64,000 nt of DNA, taken from IMG/VR virus record IMGVR_UViG_3300023296_001674. The stretch is one strand, 5' to 3'. This document shows, piece after piece, positions 39,177-48,861 of the stretch. Position numbers and translations under genes: made by a program. This DNA comes from a virus. Positions within the stretch are counted from its first letter, which is position 1; every line of letters starts with the position of its first letter. The notes under the pieces were generated by a model. The model was not told the DNA's origin. It searched no databases and saw only the letters and a program-made list of their open reading frames with translations.

Positions 39177-40479
39177 AAAATATATACCAAAAAATAAATC
39201 CATGTGTTTAGACCCTTTTACGTCATTATTTATGGGAGCAATGGGTGAAAATAGATTGTGTTGTGTTAGTTTAAATCCCATAACAGGTGATGAAAAAGGT
39301 CAACATCCACAAAAAATATATCCTAAAGATATTCATAATGATATTTGGACTAGTGATTATTTTAAAGATATTAGACAGAAAATGATTAATGGTGAAAAAA
39401 TAGAAGAATGTCAGAGATGTTACGATATAGAAGAAGCTGGTGGAAGTTCTAAGAGAATGTTTAGTAATGAATCTATTTGTACTTTAGATAAAGATTTTTC
39501 CATTAATGTTGATACAGGAAATAATAAACACACGCCGGTATTTTTGGATATTCGCCCATCTAATTTATGTAATTTAAAATGTAGAATGTGTTACAGTGAT
39601 TCTAGTTCATTGATTGGTAAAGAAATATCGAATAATGAAGAATTGACTGATATTATGCCATATTTGCAAGATTTTGGAACATCGAATTGGTTTGATAGTG
39701 ATATAATGCAAGAACAATTAAGACAAATTATGCCAAATATTAGAAGAATAAATTTACTTGGTGGCGAAACGTCTATTATTAAAAATGTTCATAAATTATT
39801 GAAGTGGTGCATTGATGAAGGATATAACGATCAGCTTATAATAGACATTGCTACTAATATGACTAACACCAATGATGATTTTTTCAATTTATTGAAGCAA
39901 TTTAAGTGTGTGAATCTTTATATAAGCATTGATGGCGTCGATGTTGTTACAGAATATATTAGATTTCCAAGTAAATGGAGTATAATAGAACGAAATATCA
40001 ATCGATGTTTAACTATGGATATCCCAGATGGAAATATATTGAATATACATACTTTATGTACTGCTAATATATATAATATTTTATATTTACATGATGTAAT
40101 ATCGTGGATTTATACTGTGCCTGATCCGTTGGATAGGTTTTGCGGTCTTGATCATAATGCGCGAATATTTTTTAACATTGTATATCATCCAGAACATCAA
40201 TGTATAAATTTATTACCGATAGAACGTCGTCAAGAAGTGATACAAAAACTATTGGAAATCGCCGAAGGTGTTGGTTTTGATGAACATTTAATCAAACGTT
40301 CAAGTTTATCAGTCGTTATTAATGAATTGAACGATCAGAATGTGGCAACTGATGAAAATCATGATCTTTTTATAAAAAGCACCAAAGTATATGATCGAAT
40401 TAGAAAACAGTCGATAGAAACCACCTTGCCGGAACTATATGATATATTTAAAGAAGATTTTGAAAAATCTGAAAAATAA
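39166..40479 (+). CDS. Radical SAM protein with N-terminal SPASM/twitch-like Cys cluster
   Basis: CLDPF...LCC...CQRCY; NLCNLKCRMC; LLGGE; SIDG...YIRFP..W. Confidence 0.88.
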   Translation: MISRKYIPKNKSMCLDPFTSLFMGAMGENRLCCVSLNPITGDEKGQHPQKIYPKDIHNDIWTSDYFKDIRQKMINGEKIEECQRCYDIEEAGGSSKRMFSNESICTLDKDFSINVDTGNNKHTPVFLDIRPSNLCNLKCRMCYSDSSSLIGKEISNNEELTDIMPYLQDFGTSNWFDSDIMQEQLRQIMPNIRRINLLGGETSIIKNVHKLLKWCIDEGYNDQLIIDIATNMTNTNDDFFNLLKQFKCVNLYISIDGVDVVTEYIRFPSKWSIIERNINRCLTMDIPDGNILNIHTLCTANIYNILYLHDVISWIYTVPDPLDRFCGLDHNARIFFNIVYHPEHQCINLLPIERRQEVIQKLLEIAEGVGFDEHLIKRSSLSVVINELNDQNVATDENHDLFIKSTKVYDRIRKQSIETTLPELYDIFKEDFEKSEK

Positions 40480-40548
40480 AAATGATATTAAACGGCGTTT
40501 TATTATAAATATAAATAGTATAACAACATAAATATATGGATTTAAAAT

Positions 40549-41391
40549 ATGGTCGTTCATAAAACATTTAGAGATTACGTACAAGAACAAGAGAACATTT
40601 ATAGCCTTCGTATTAAATCCGTCGTTCCAATGGGTTCCGATGAAGTTGAAATGATAGAGCGCGTTTTACAAAAATACGTATTATTGGATATAACTAATCC
40701 AACAAAAACAATCAGACAACGTCATCCCTTAGAGTTCCAAGATATCAATAATGCAGAGGTATGGATTATTGACATTCGTTGTGGGTTGCCTGTTAGTGCA
40801 TATGTATTAAGACAAGAACTTAAATTGGCTTTAAATATATCAGAGAATTTCATCGTTGTTCGTGGCGAGAATGATCCCCTTGAAATAGAAACACAGCGTC
40901 TTAACGCATTGAATGATATTGACGAAAAGGCTTTAGATAAGCAATTAAGTCCAGCAGCAAGATTAGGCACTAATAGTGAATACGATAAAGATGAGCGCGG
41001 TGATTTAGAAGAGCCTATGTATGGAAATGAATATAATAGCAATTTCTTAGAAACATTGGCTGACATTGCAGCAAAAAGAGAGCGTTATGGCATAGAACCA
41101 GCTTCTACGGAATTAGATGACGGCGATACTGTAATGGATGATGTAGCACCAGAAGATGGTAATGCATTTAATAAAGATATTGAGGATGCACCAAAGATAA
41201 AATCATTAAATTATGCAGAAACGTTGAAAAATATACGCAAAGCAGAAAATACCAATGATTCAAGATTAAGCACTAAAGGCAACTATGACAACGATGAAGT
41301 CAAACAATCAAAGAAATTTGATAAATATGGTAAGACTGATAAAGTTGCTACTGTGACTATAACCAACACCCGTAGCGGTATTCGTAAGTAA
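40549..41391 (+). CDS. Hypothetical late (probable virion) protein
   Basis: KTFRDYVQE N-terminus; double TATAAATA at 40504-40517. Confidence 0.65.
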   Translation: MVVHKTFRDYVQEQENIYSLRIKSVVPMGSDEVEMIERVLQKYVLLDITNPTKTIRQRHPLEFQDINNAEVWIIDIRCGLPVSAYVLRQELKLALNISENFIVVRGENDPLEIETQRLNALNDIDEKALDKQLSPAARLGTNSEYDKDERGDLEEPMYGNEYNSNFLETLADIAAKRERYGIEPASTELDDGDTVMDDVAPEDGNAFNKDIEDAPKIKSLNYAETLKNIRKAENTNDSRLSTKGNYDNDEVKQSKKFDKYGKTDKVATVTITNTRSGIRK

Positions 41392-41405
41392 AGGAACTAT
41401 ATAAT

Positions 41406-42650
41406 ATGAGTAATAGTAATGATATGAGAAATCTTATGAATGTGATATCGGAAGATGGTCCATTAGCTCCTGGCGCATTTACTGATCCAATGAACGCGAT
41501 GCCTGAACCAACTATGGATGATCCAATGGATGATATTGCATCCTCTGGTCCAGAAACAAAGATCGAAGTTACCATGAAAGATGGTGATGAAGTTGAAGTA
41601 GAAGTTTACGCTAAACAAGGCGAAGAACTAAGCCGCATTATGGATTTGGCTGGCATGCTTCACAAAGAAAAACAAACAGGCGCACTTGGTGCACCTGATA
41701 TGGGCATGGAACCTGATATGGCACCCGACATGGCTGTAGCGCCTGATATGGCACCTGATATGGGCATGGAACCTGATATGGCACCTGACGCGGCTGTAGC
41801 ACCTGATATGGCACCTGATATGAGTATGGAACCAGAAATGTCTCCTACTGATGACGATTTTGATATAAATTATGGCGACGGTGCATCAAATATGGATGGC
41901 GTTGATGATATTGGTGATATTTCACTTGGTATGGACGACTCACCAGAGATGGATTTTGATATTGCTGACGATGTTGGCCCTATTTCTGATCCAAATGATG
42001 ATATGTATGAAGACAATGTTAAAAAGCACGACTTTGGATATCCAAATCCAATGCAAGGTCAAGAAGAATATGAACTTACCGCGTTCAATCATGCTGGTGG
42101 CGCAACCAAACCGGTTCGAATCGTTCCTGCAAACAGTGGCGACAATGCATTAAGTGATACACCAAGAAAAGGTCTTGCTGAATACATCAATGATGTGGGT
42201 AGTTCTAAAAAAAAAGTCTTAGATGAGACATTTAACGACGATGACGTTGAAAATACAGTAGCTGGATTAACTTCTGGTGTTGATGTAGATGATAATACCA
42301 TCGATAAGTTAAAAAAAGTAGCAAAAGATACACAACAAGGAACATCACCAGATGAATTATCTTCTGAAAAAGAAGATGACGTTTTAGATGCCGCGAGTGC
42401 GCAAGGTGTTCAACTCAATCCAAATCAAAAAGCAAAATTACAAAAAAACGTTCAAGATCAACAAAAAGATGATTCTATAAGTGAAACCAACGATGATTTC
42501 AAGTTATCTATGGTTGATGAAGAAGAATTAGCAGAACGTAAAAGACGTTATTCGTTTAGCCATCAAGACTTTGGCAAAGGTATTGTTACAACACCTGATG
42601 CTAAACGTAAAAGATCAGCAAGACGTGGATTATCTATCTACAAAAAGTAA
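41406..42650 (+). CDS. Acidic low-complexity probable internal head protein
   Basis: MSNSNDMRNLMNVISE, SRIMDLAGM; APDM repeats. Confidence 0.6.
   Translation: MSNSNDMRNLMNVISEDGPLAPGAFTDPMNAMPEPTMDDPMDDIASSGPETKIEVTMKDGDEVEVEVYAKQGEELSRIMDLAGMLHKEKQTGALGAPDMGMEPDMAPDMAVAPDMAPDMGMEPDMAPDAAVAPDMAPDMSMEPEMSPTDDDFDINYGDGASNMDGVDDIGDISLGMDDSPEMDFDIADDVGPISDPNDDMYEDNVKKHDFGYPNPMQGQEEYELTAFNHAGGATKPVRIVPANSGDNALSDTPRKGLAEYINDVGSSKKKVLDETFNDDDVENTVAGLTSGVDVDDNTIDKLKKVAKDTQQGTSPDELSSEKEDDVLDAASAQGVQLNPNQKAKLQKNVQDQQKDDSISETNDDFKLSMVDEEELAERKRRYSFSHQDFGKGIVTTPDAKRKRSARRGLSIYKK
41691..41833 (+). repeat. 60-bp coding tandem repeat (~2.4 copies) built from 12/18-bp APDM units
   Basis: gcacctgatatgggcatggaacctgatatggcacc... 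at 41691, 41751, 41811. Confidence 0.85.
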
Positions 42651-42663
42651 AGGATTGAGTAAA

Positions 42664-42945
42664 TTGAATAGAATAAGTTCTTCCAAAGACTTCTTCACCA
42701 AATTAAACGACAACTTTCGACTGACAACAGTTGAAGTTATATACCGCATGCCAGATTATCAATCAATATTACAAGAATTTGTCTGGCAAACCTTAGATCG
42801 ACCACCTGAATATCCAAGAATATACAAATTTTTAGAATATTGGGAAATTAATATAGAAGCCCCGATATATAGCGTTAAAATCGCTGATAGACCCATGATA
42901 TCTATGCATGAGTTAAGGCCGGTTGATACTTATTACAAAATTTAG
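42664..42945 (+). CDS. usg: Usg-like protein
   Basis: LTTVEVIYRMPDYQSILQEFVWQ..D.PPEYP...KFLEYW...IEAPIYSV matches the alphaproteobacterial Usg family pattern; TTG start inferred. Confidence 0.75.
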   Translation: MNRISSSKDFFTKLNDNFRLTTVEVIYRMPDYQSILQEFVWQTLDRPPEYPRIYKFLEYWEINIEAPIYSVKIADRPMISMHELRPVDTYYKI

Positions 42946-42955
42946 AGGTAAATAA

Positions 42956-43657
42956 ATGAAAAAATCGAAATATAGTTCATTTGAAATAGATGAAATAAAA
43001 AAATGTATGGCTGATCCTATATATTTTATGACAACCTATGTTAAAATACAACATCCGGTTAAAGGACAAATAAATTTTAATGCAACGGAAGAACAATGTG
43101 AATATATAGATGCGTGCGATGATTATAGATTCGTTATAGCATCATTTGAACGACAAAAAGGTAAAACGACGGCGGGTGCGGCATATTTGTTGTGGAAAGT
43201 GTTGTTTCATCCAGATTTAACCATACTTGCTTGTGGGGCAAAGCATGAACATGCAAGGGAGATATTGTGGAGGATTCGGTATTCATATGAATGCTTGCCA
43301 GAATTTCTTCAACCGAGTACAACAACATGGAATAAAGGTTGTATAGAATTTGAAAACGGGTCGCGAATAATAGGTAATGGGATAACTGCGAACACTGCTA
43401 AAGGGCTTACTGTATCATTATTATATATTGACGAGTTCGCATTTGTAGAACCAAAATCAGCAAAAGAATTTTGGTCATCTATTGCACCAACGTTATCCAC
43501 TGGTGCAGATTGTATAATATCGTCAACCGGTAATGGCGAAAATGATAATATGTTTAAAAACATATGGATGGATTCTATAACCAATGAAGTAAATGGTATA
43601 GGCATAAATGGATTTAAATCGGTAGGTAAATATACAGTGTTGAATCGAAGATGGTAA
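42956..43657 (+). CDS. Terminase large subunit paralog, ATPase domain only
   Basis: CMADPIYF, ERQKGKTT (Walker A), LLYIDEFAF (Walker B), PTLSTG, IISST; ends where the nuclease domain would start. Confidence 0.85.
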   Translation: MKKSKYSSFEIDEIKKCMADPIYFMTTYVKIQHPVKGQINFNATEEQCEYIDACDDYRFVIASFERQKGKTTAGAAYLLWKVLFHPDLTILACGAKHEHAREILWRIRYSYECLPEFLQPSTTTWNKGCIEFENGSRIIGNGITANTAKGLTVSLLYIDEFAFVEPKSAKEFWSSIAPTLSTGADCIISSTGNGENDNMFKNIWMDSITNEVNGIGINGFKSVGKYTVLNRRW

Positions 43658-45231
43658 GCCATACAGTAGACGTATCGTTAGTTAAGCGCGGACATGCTAA
43701 AAACACTTATGATTTATATAAACTAAAAGAACTAAAACGATGTATTAAAGACCCTGTGTATTTCTTAGAGAATTATATGAAAATTCAGCATCCTACAAAG
43801 GGTGCTATGTCGTTTACTCCATATGATTTTCAACGTGAATTAATAGAAACATACGCTTTTCAACGATCTTCCATAGCAATGTTACCCCGCCAGTCTGGTA
43901 AAACCACATGTGCTGCTGGATTTTTATTATGGAAGGCAATGTTTACACCCGATTCGACTATTCTCGTTGCTGCTCACCAATATTCTGGTGCTTCAGAAAT
44001 TATGCAGCGTGTTAGATATGCGTATGAAGAATTTCCCGATTTTCTTCGTGCGGGTGTTATGGAATATAACAAAGGAACAATTACATTTGATAATGGTTCA
44101 CGTATTCTATCATCTGCAACAACTGAAAAAACTGGACGTGGTTTGGCTCTTTCATTAATATATCTCGATGAGTTCGCGTTCGTAGAACCTCGTATTGCAC
44201 AAGAATTTTGGACTGCGTTGGCACCGACATTGTCTACTGGTGGTGATTGTATCATTACTTCTACACCAAATACAGAATCTGATAAGTTTGCAGAGATTTG
44301 GTTCGATGCAAATAATGTTTATGATGAATTTGGTAATGTTAGAGAAAATGGCCTTGGTGTAAATGATTTTAAATCGTTTTCAATTGATTGGAAAGTTGTT
44401 CCTAGACCAGAAACAACTGAAGAATTTGAACGAAAGATGCGTGCACAGTTAGGTGATGATCGATGGTTACGAGAATTTGAATGTCAGTTTATATCATTCG
44501 AAGAAACATTAATAGCAGGAATGATATTAAAGGATTTGAGAGGCATTGAACCAAAATCTAAGGTTGGTCGTGTGCGATGGTATGCTGATATACTACCAAA
44601 CAGAATGTATATAGTAGGACTTGATCCAAGTATGGGAACTGGTGGTGATAATGCCGCTATAACTGTATGGCGAACACCAGATATGATGCAAGTAGCCGAA
44701 TGGACTCATAATAAATCCGATACTAAAGAACAAGTGCGCGTGTTGATTGATATTTTAGTTGAAATACATCGTGCGATGAAGAGTAATCCAGAACAGACCG
44801 GAAAACCGGAAATATATTGGTCGGTTGAGAATAATTCATTGGGTGAAGCAGCCCTTCAGATTATTGATGCAACTGGTGAAGATAAGTTTCCTGGTGAGTT
44901 TGTTCATGAACCAAAGAAAAAACGTAAAGGATTTACTACCACGCCTAAAAATAAGATCGAATCATGTGTTAGAATGAAACATTTGATCGAACATAAAAAA
45001 ATGATAGTTAATTCAATGCCTATGGTTTCTGAACTTAAATCGTTCGTTCGTGATAATCGATCCTTCAAGGCAAGGGTGGGTCAATCAGATGATACGGTGT
45101 TATCAGGATTATTATGTATGAGGATATTAACCGAAGTTCAAAATTGGGATTCTGATATATATAATGAATTGGCTGATATTATAGACATCGATGATGGAAC
45201 GGCTGATCCTATGCCTGGAATATTTGCATAA
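43651..45231 (+). CDS. Terminase large subunit, gp17-like
   Basis: PRQSGKTT, IYLDEFAF, TSTP, REFECQF, GLDPSMG, VENN, DDTV. Confidence 0.95.
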   Translation: MVSHTVDVSLVKRGHAKNTYDLYKLKELKRCIKDPVYFLENYMKIQHPTKGAMSFTPYDFQRELIETYAFQRSSIAMLPRQSGKTTCAAGFLLWKAMFTPDSTILVAAHQYSGASEIMQRVRYAYEEFPDFLRAGVMEYNKGTITFDNGSRILSSATTEKTGRGLALSLIYLDEFAFVEPRIAQEFWTALAPTLSTGGDCIITSTPNTESDKFAEIWFDANNVYDEFGNVRENGLGVNDFKSFSIDWKVVPRPETTEEFERKMRAQLGDDRWLREFECQFISFEETLIAGMILKDLRGIEPKSKVGRVRWYADILPNRMYIVGLDPSMGTGGDNAAITVWRTPDMMQVAEWTHNKSDTKEQVRVLIDILVEIHRAMKSNPEQTGKPEIYWSVENNSLGEAALQIIDATGEDKFPGEFVHEPKKKRKGFTTTPKNKIESCVRMKHLIEHKKMIVNSMPMVSELKSFVRDNRSFKARVGQSDDTVLSGLLCMRILTEVQNWDSDIYNELADIIDIDDGTADPMPGIFA

Positions 45232-45283
45232 TAAAAGTGTTTATACTAAATATAGATAGAATTTAAAGCAAAAGGTAAAGTTA

Positions 45284-47401
45284 ATGGAAGAGCAACAATT
45301 TTTAAAAACCGTTATGGATGAAGCGGAAAAATCGCTAAGTGCTGGCGGTTATAAAAATATAGAATATTTTGATGAAAATCTTGTTGCCATGAATGGAACA
45401 GGTGGTCAAAATATTGACGGCGAAGAAACTGTTGCAAAAATGTTAAAGCCTTCCGGTAATGACCTAATATTAACGTTAGCATATGTTGACGATAACAAAT
45501 ATTTAATAACTGTCACCATGGATAAATCAACGAATAGTGAAGTATATGATAAAACTTCTGGTGATATGCTAAAACGCTTGGCTGGAACATGGGGTTCTAA
45601 ACTTGGATATCGTTTAGATACATGGGGCGGCGAAATAAAATCAAAAGATGACCGTTCTGGCATAAAAGGACAAATACAGGGTGCAACTACTATGGATACA
45701 CAACTTGACGAAACAAAATCGAAAATGACTGGAACAACAAGGTCTAGTTATCAAAAGGTTGGTGAATGTAAAGTTATTATTCGCCATACTGCACGAGTAG
45801 ACGAAGATAAATTTGGCTCAAGAAGCCGAAATATCAATTCAATTTTCATTGAAACAAAAGGCGGAGAACGCTTTAAGATGTCTGAAAATAATTTACATGG
45901 CGCACGCGCTATGGCAAGACACTTAAGTAATAGCGGTTCGCCATTTGATACGGTTGGTGTTAAAATAACAACTATGATGGAAGAAATGAAACAACTTCGT
46001 GTTATGGTTACAGAATCAAAAACGTTTAGTAGAGCAACCACAATAACTGAAGAACAAAGTGATTTGTTTTCAAATATTAAAGGTCAATATATCACATTAC
46101 GAGAAACATTAAAAAAGATGTCCGGTAAAATGGGCTATATGAATCATACTGCTATATTAGACGAAGAGAATTTACTAGAACAGGAAACTGGAAAAATGGA
46201 TGTAGATACAGTGAGCAAAGCAGCGAAAAATAAAGAAAATGAAGACACTGTTTTAAACGACCAAGTGCCAGAATATGATAGACCTGATGACGATAAGAAA
46301 AATCTTATTCGTGATGCAGATGATTTATTTTCTGTTAATGAAAACAAATATGGTGTTTCACCAGAAGAAGTTGTATTAGAAGCATGGTTTAATGATGTTG
46401 ATAGTATTGAATTTTTCAATGAAGAAGATTTGTCAATAGATGATTCAGCACCAACGATAAAAAAAACTCTTCCTGAAAATGCGTTAAGTATGCTAAACCT
46501 ATATTCTAATCATCCATTATTTGATCATTATTTGGGTTTATATGAAGAGCAAGAAATACTTGATGAAGTGTTATCACTAATTGAAGAAGATTCTACATTG
46601 TGGAATAGAGTTTCTGAAAATCGTGGAATGCTCAATGAATTTAATTCCGATATCACAGAAGCAAATTTTGAAGAATCATTAGGAAAAATTAAAAAATTAA
46701 CAGCGGATCGCCGAATGAATATGGAAAACGCGATCAATCAGGTATCTAAAGAAATAATGGGCGATAACCAAGATGCTGAAATGTTAACAAAAGTTATAGA
46801 AAAATTAACCACGTTGGCTACCGAATCTGGTTTAATGCCAAATGATTTTGGAACAACATTTACTGATCAAGTTCTAGCACCCAATGAAACAATCGAAGCA
46901 CATACTGCTGAAATAGAAGCAGAAGAATATTACGGCGATGCAAAATTTTCCGAAAGCGTTGATGAAGATACGTTTGAAGAAATGAACCAAATACGCAAGA
47001 ATGCTGGCATGGAAGCACTTGTTAGTGAAGATACTGTTGAAGAAGGTGATCCTTTTGCACGCCAGAGTAAACGAAACCTTGCTAATCCAAAAGCGCGTAT
47101 GTCTTTAATAAATCCTGAAGATAAAATAGGTTCTTCGACGTTGGGCGTGAAGGAAGGCACCGAAGGAACAGATGATGCACCAAGCTGTGCAGATTGTGGA
47201 GCAACTAAAACCCTTAATTCGCGCCATGGGTATGAATGTAAAGAATGTGATAAAGATACACCGAATATGAAAGAAGGAACTGAAAAATATGTGGAAGTTG
47301 AAATGCCACATCATCTTCCACAAGTAAAAGAAAATACTGATAAGCCAGAAATATCTGGAGATTTTTCAAGAATGATTGAATTAGCACGATATAGAAACTA
47401 A
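45284..47401 (+). CDS. Large acidic hypothetical (probable virion) protein
   Basis: GTTRSSYQ...SRNINSIFIET..GERFK...LHGARAMARH core; many xxE(G/S) sites; CTAAATA upstream. Confidence 0.65.
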   Translation: MEEQQFLKTVMDEAEKSLSAGGYKNIEYFDENLVAMNGTGGQNIDGEETVAKMLKPSGNDLILTLAYVDDNKYLITVTMDKSTNSEVYDKTSGDMLKRLAGTWGSKLGYRLDTWGGEIKSKDDRSGIKGQIQGATTMDTQLDETKSKMTGTTRSSYQKVGECKVIIRHTARVDEDKFGSRSRNINSIFIETKGGERFKMSENNLHGARAMARHLSNSGSPFDTVGVKITTMMEEMKQLRVMVTESKTFSRATTITEEQSDLFSNIKGQYITLRETLKKMSGKMGYMNHTAILDEENLLEQETGKMDVDTVSKAAKNKENEDTVLNDQVPEYDRPDDDKKNLIRDADDLFSVNENKYGVSPEEVVLEAWFNDVDSIEFFNEEDLSIDDSAPTIKKTLPENALSMLNLYSNHPLFDHYLGLYEEQEILDEVLSLIEEDSTLWNRVSENRGMLNEFNSDITEANFEESLGKIKKLTADRRMNMENAINQVSKEIMGDNQDAEMLTKVIEKLTTLATESGLMPNDFGTTFTDQVLAPNETIEAHTAEIEAEEYYGDAKFSESVDEDTFEEMNQIRKNAGMEALVSEDTVEEGDPFARQSKRNLANPKARMSLINPEDKIGSSTLGVKEGTEGTDDAPSCADCGATKTLNSRHGYECKECDKDTPNMKEGTEKYVEVEMPHHLPQVKENTDKPEISGDFSRMIELARYRN

Positions 47402-47424
47402 CCCCCAAAATATAATAAAAAACT

Positions 47425-47452
47425 AAAAACGTCACTTCGGTGGCGTTTTTTT
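47425..47452 (+). terminator. Intrinsic terminator
   Basis: aaaaacgtcac-TTCG-gtggcgttttt. Confidence 0.85.
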
Positions 47453-47453
47453 A

Positions 47454-47547
47454 TTGACTAAGTATTCGCAAGTATATATTATGTATTCGTAGCCAAAATA
47501 TAGGGTTAATTATAATATTGACAAAGTAAATGATAAATAGGTATACT
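47454..47547 (+). promoter_or_regulatory. Tandem sigma70 promoters plus embedded late motif for ssb
   Basis: TTGACT-17-TATTAT (47454) and TTGACA-18-TATACT (47518), ATAAATA inside the second. Confidence 0.65.
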
Positions 47548-47702
47548 ACAAAATATGATACACCATAATATTGGTAAGTTGAATATTTTTATATGCAAAC
47601 TAAATTATAAGTTTGAGTGTGGCTAACGGCCCTCTTATACAAATAGAAAACTAACATATGGCTAATAAAAGCAAATATAATACAAATACGGAGAAATACT
47701 AA

Positions 47703-48791
47703 ATGTCAAACAAACTACAAGAATTGCGTAAAAAACTACAAGAAAAAGAAAATAACCAAAATAATTTTTCAGGCGACAACGCACTATATCCTTTTTGGAA
47801 TATCCCATACAGCACAGATACCGAAATAACACCTGCATCGATTCGATTCTTACCGGATGGAAATGAGGATAATGATTACTTTTGGGTTGAAGTTCAAAAA
47901 ATCAAATTAACTTTCGCTGGCATCAAAGACGGTGACGAAAACAAAGAAGTTTTTGTTCAAGTTCCTTGTGTTGAGATGTGGGACGAAACATGTCCTATTC
48001 TTACTGCCATTAGACCGTTATTTAAAGGCGATAAAGAATCAGAAAAAACTGCTAGAAAATATTGGAAAAAGCGTTCTTATATTTTTCAAGGATTTGTTCG
48101 TGATAATCCATTAGAAGAAACCGATTCACCAGAAAATCCAATCCGTCGTTTTGCGATCAACACCAAGTTGTTTGGAAAAATAAAGGCTGGATTGATGGAT
48201 GCAGATATGGAAGAAATGCCAGATGATTATATCGCTGGTAATGATTTCAAGATTGTCAGAACTAAGCAAACAACTGAAATCGGAACATTTGCCAACTATG
48301 ATACTTCTTTCTATGCTAAAAGACCAAGTAGCCTAACGCCCGATGAAGCAGAAGCAATCGAAACTCATAAATTGAGTAATCTTACCGATTTCATGCCAAA
48401 GAAGCCAGACGCAGAAACCATGTCCGCTATTGAAGAAATGTTTTCTGCATCAATGGATGGTGAATTATATGACGCTGAACGTTGGGGTAAATTTTATCGC
48501 CCAGCCGGAGTAAAATATGAAAAACCTGCGGACGGAACTGTTGCAACTGAAAATTCAGAAACAACTGGTAAACTTGAAACTCCTAAAATTCCAGTAGAAG
48601 AGACTCCTGTATCGACACCTACTGAAACCGTGGCTGAAACACCAATAGTTGAAACACCAACTGTTGTTGCCGAAGACACGCCTTCTGCGCCTGTTGTAGA
48701 AGAACCTGCCTCTGAAGAATCAGAAGCTAAGAAGCCGCCAAGAGATGTTTTGGCTGAAATCAAAGCTAGAGCAGAAGCACAAAAAGTCTAA
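47703..48791 (+). CDS. Single-stranded DNA-binding protein, gp32-like
   Basis: IRFLPDG, CPIL, YWKKRSY, GNDFKI, ANYDTSFY; acidic tail. Confidence 0.88.
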   Translation: MSNKLQELRKKLQEKENNQNNFSGDNALYPFWNIPYSTDTEITPASIRFLPDGNEDNDYFWVEVQKIKLTFAGIKDGDENKEVFVQVPCVEMWDETCPILTAIRPLFKGDKESEKTARKYWKKRSYIFQGFVRDNPLEETDSPENPIRRFAINTKLFGKIKAGLMDADMEEMPDDYIAGNDFKIVRTKQTTEIGTFANYDTSFYAKRPSSLTPDEAEAIETHKLSNLTDFMPKKPDAETMSAIEEMFSASMDGELYDAERWGKFYRPAGVKYEKPADGTVATENSETTGKLETPKIPVEETPVSTPTETVAETPIVETPTVVAEDTPSAPVVEEPASEESEAKKPPRDVLAEIKARAEAQKV

Positions 48792-48802
48792 ATTTGTTGT
48801 TT

Positions 48803-48836
48803 TATGGTATGACGGAGAAATCCGTCATACCATTTT
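48803..48836 (+). terminator. Intrinsic terminator after ssb
   Basis: atggtatgacgga-gaaa-tccgtcataccat-tttt. Confidence 0.85.
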
Positions 48837-48861
48837 TCATTAAAATCAAAGGAGTTACAAT

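Noticed and set aside
42956-45231. Terminase split by intron, intein or frameshift
   Set aside because: Second ORF is already complete; the first repeats its ATPase domain
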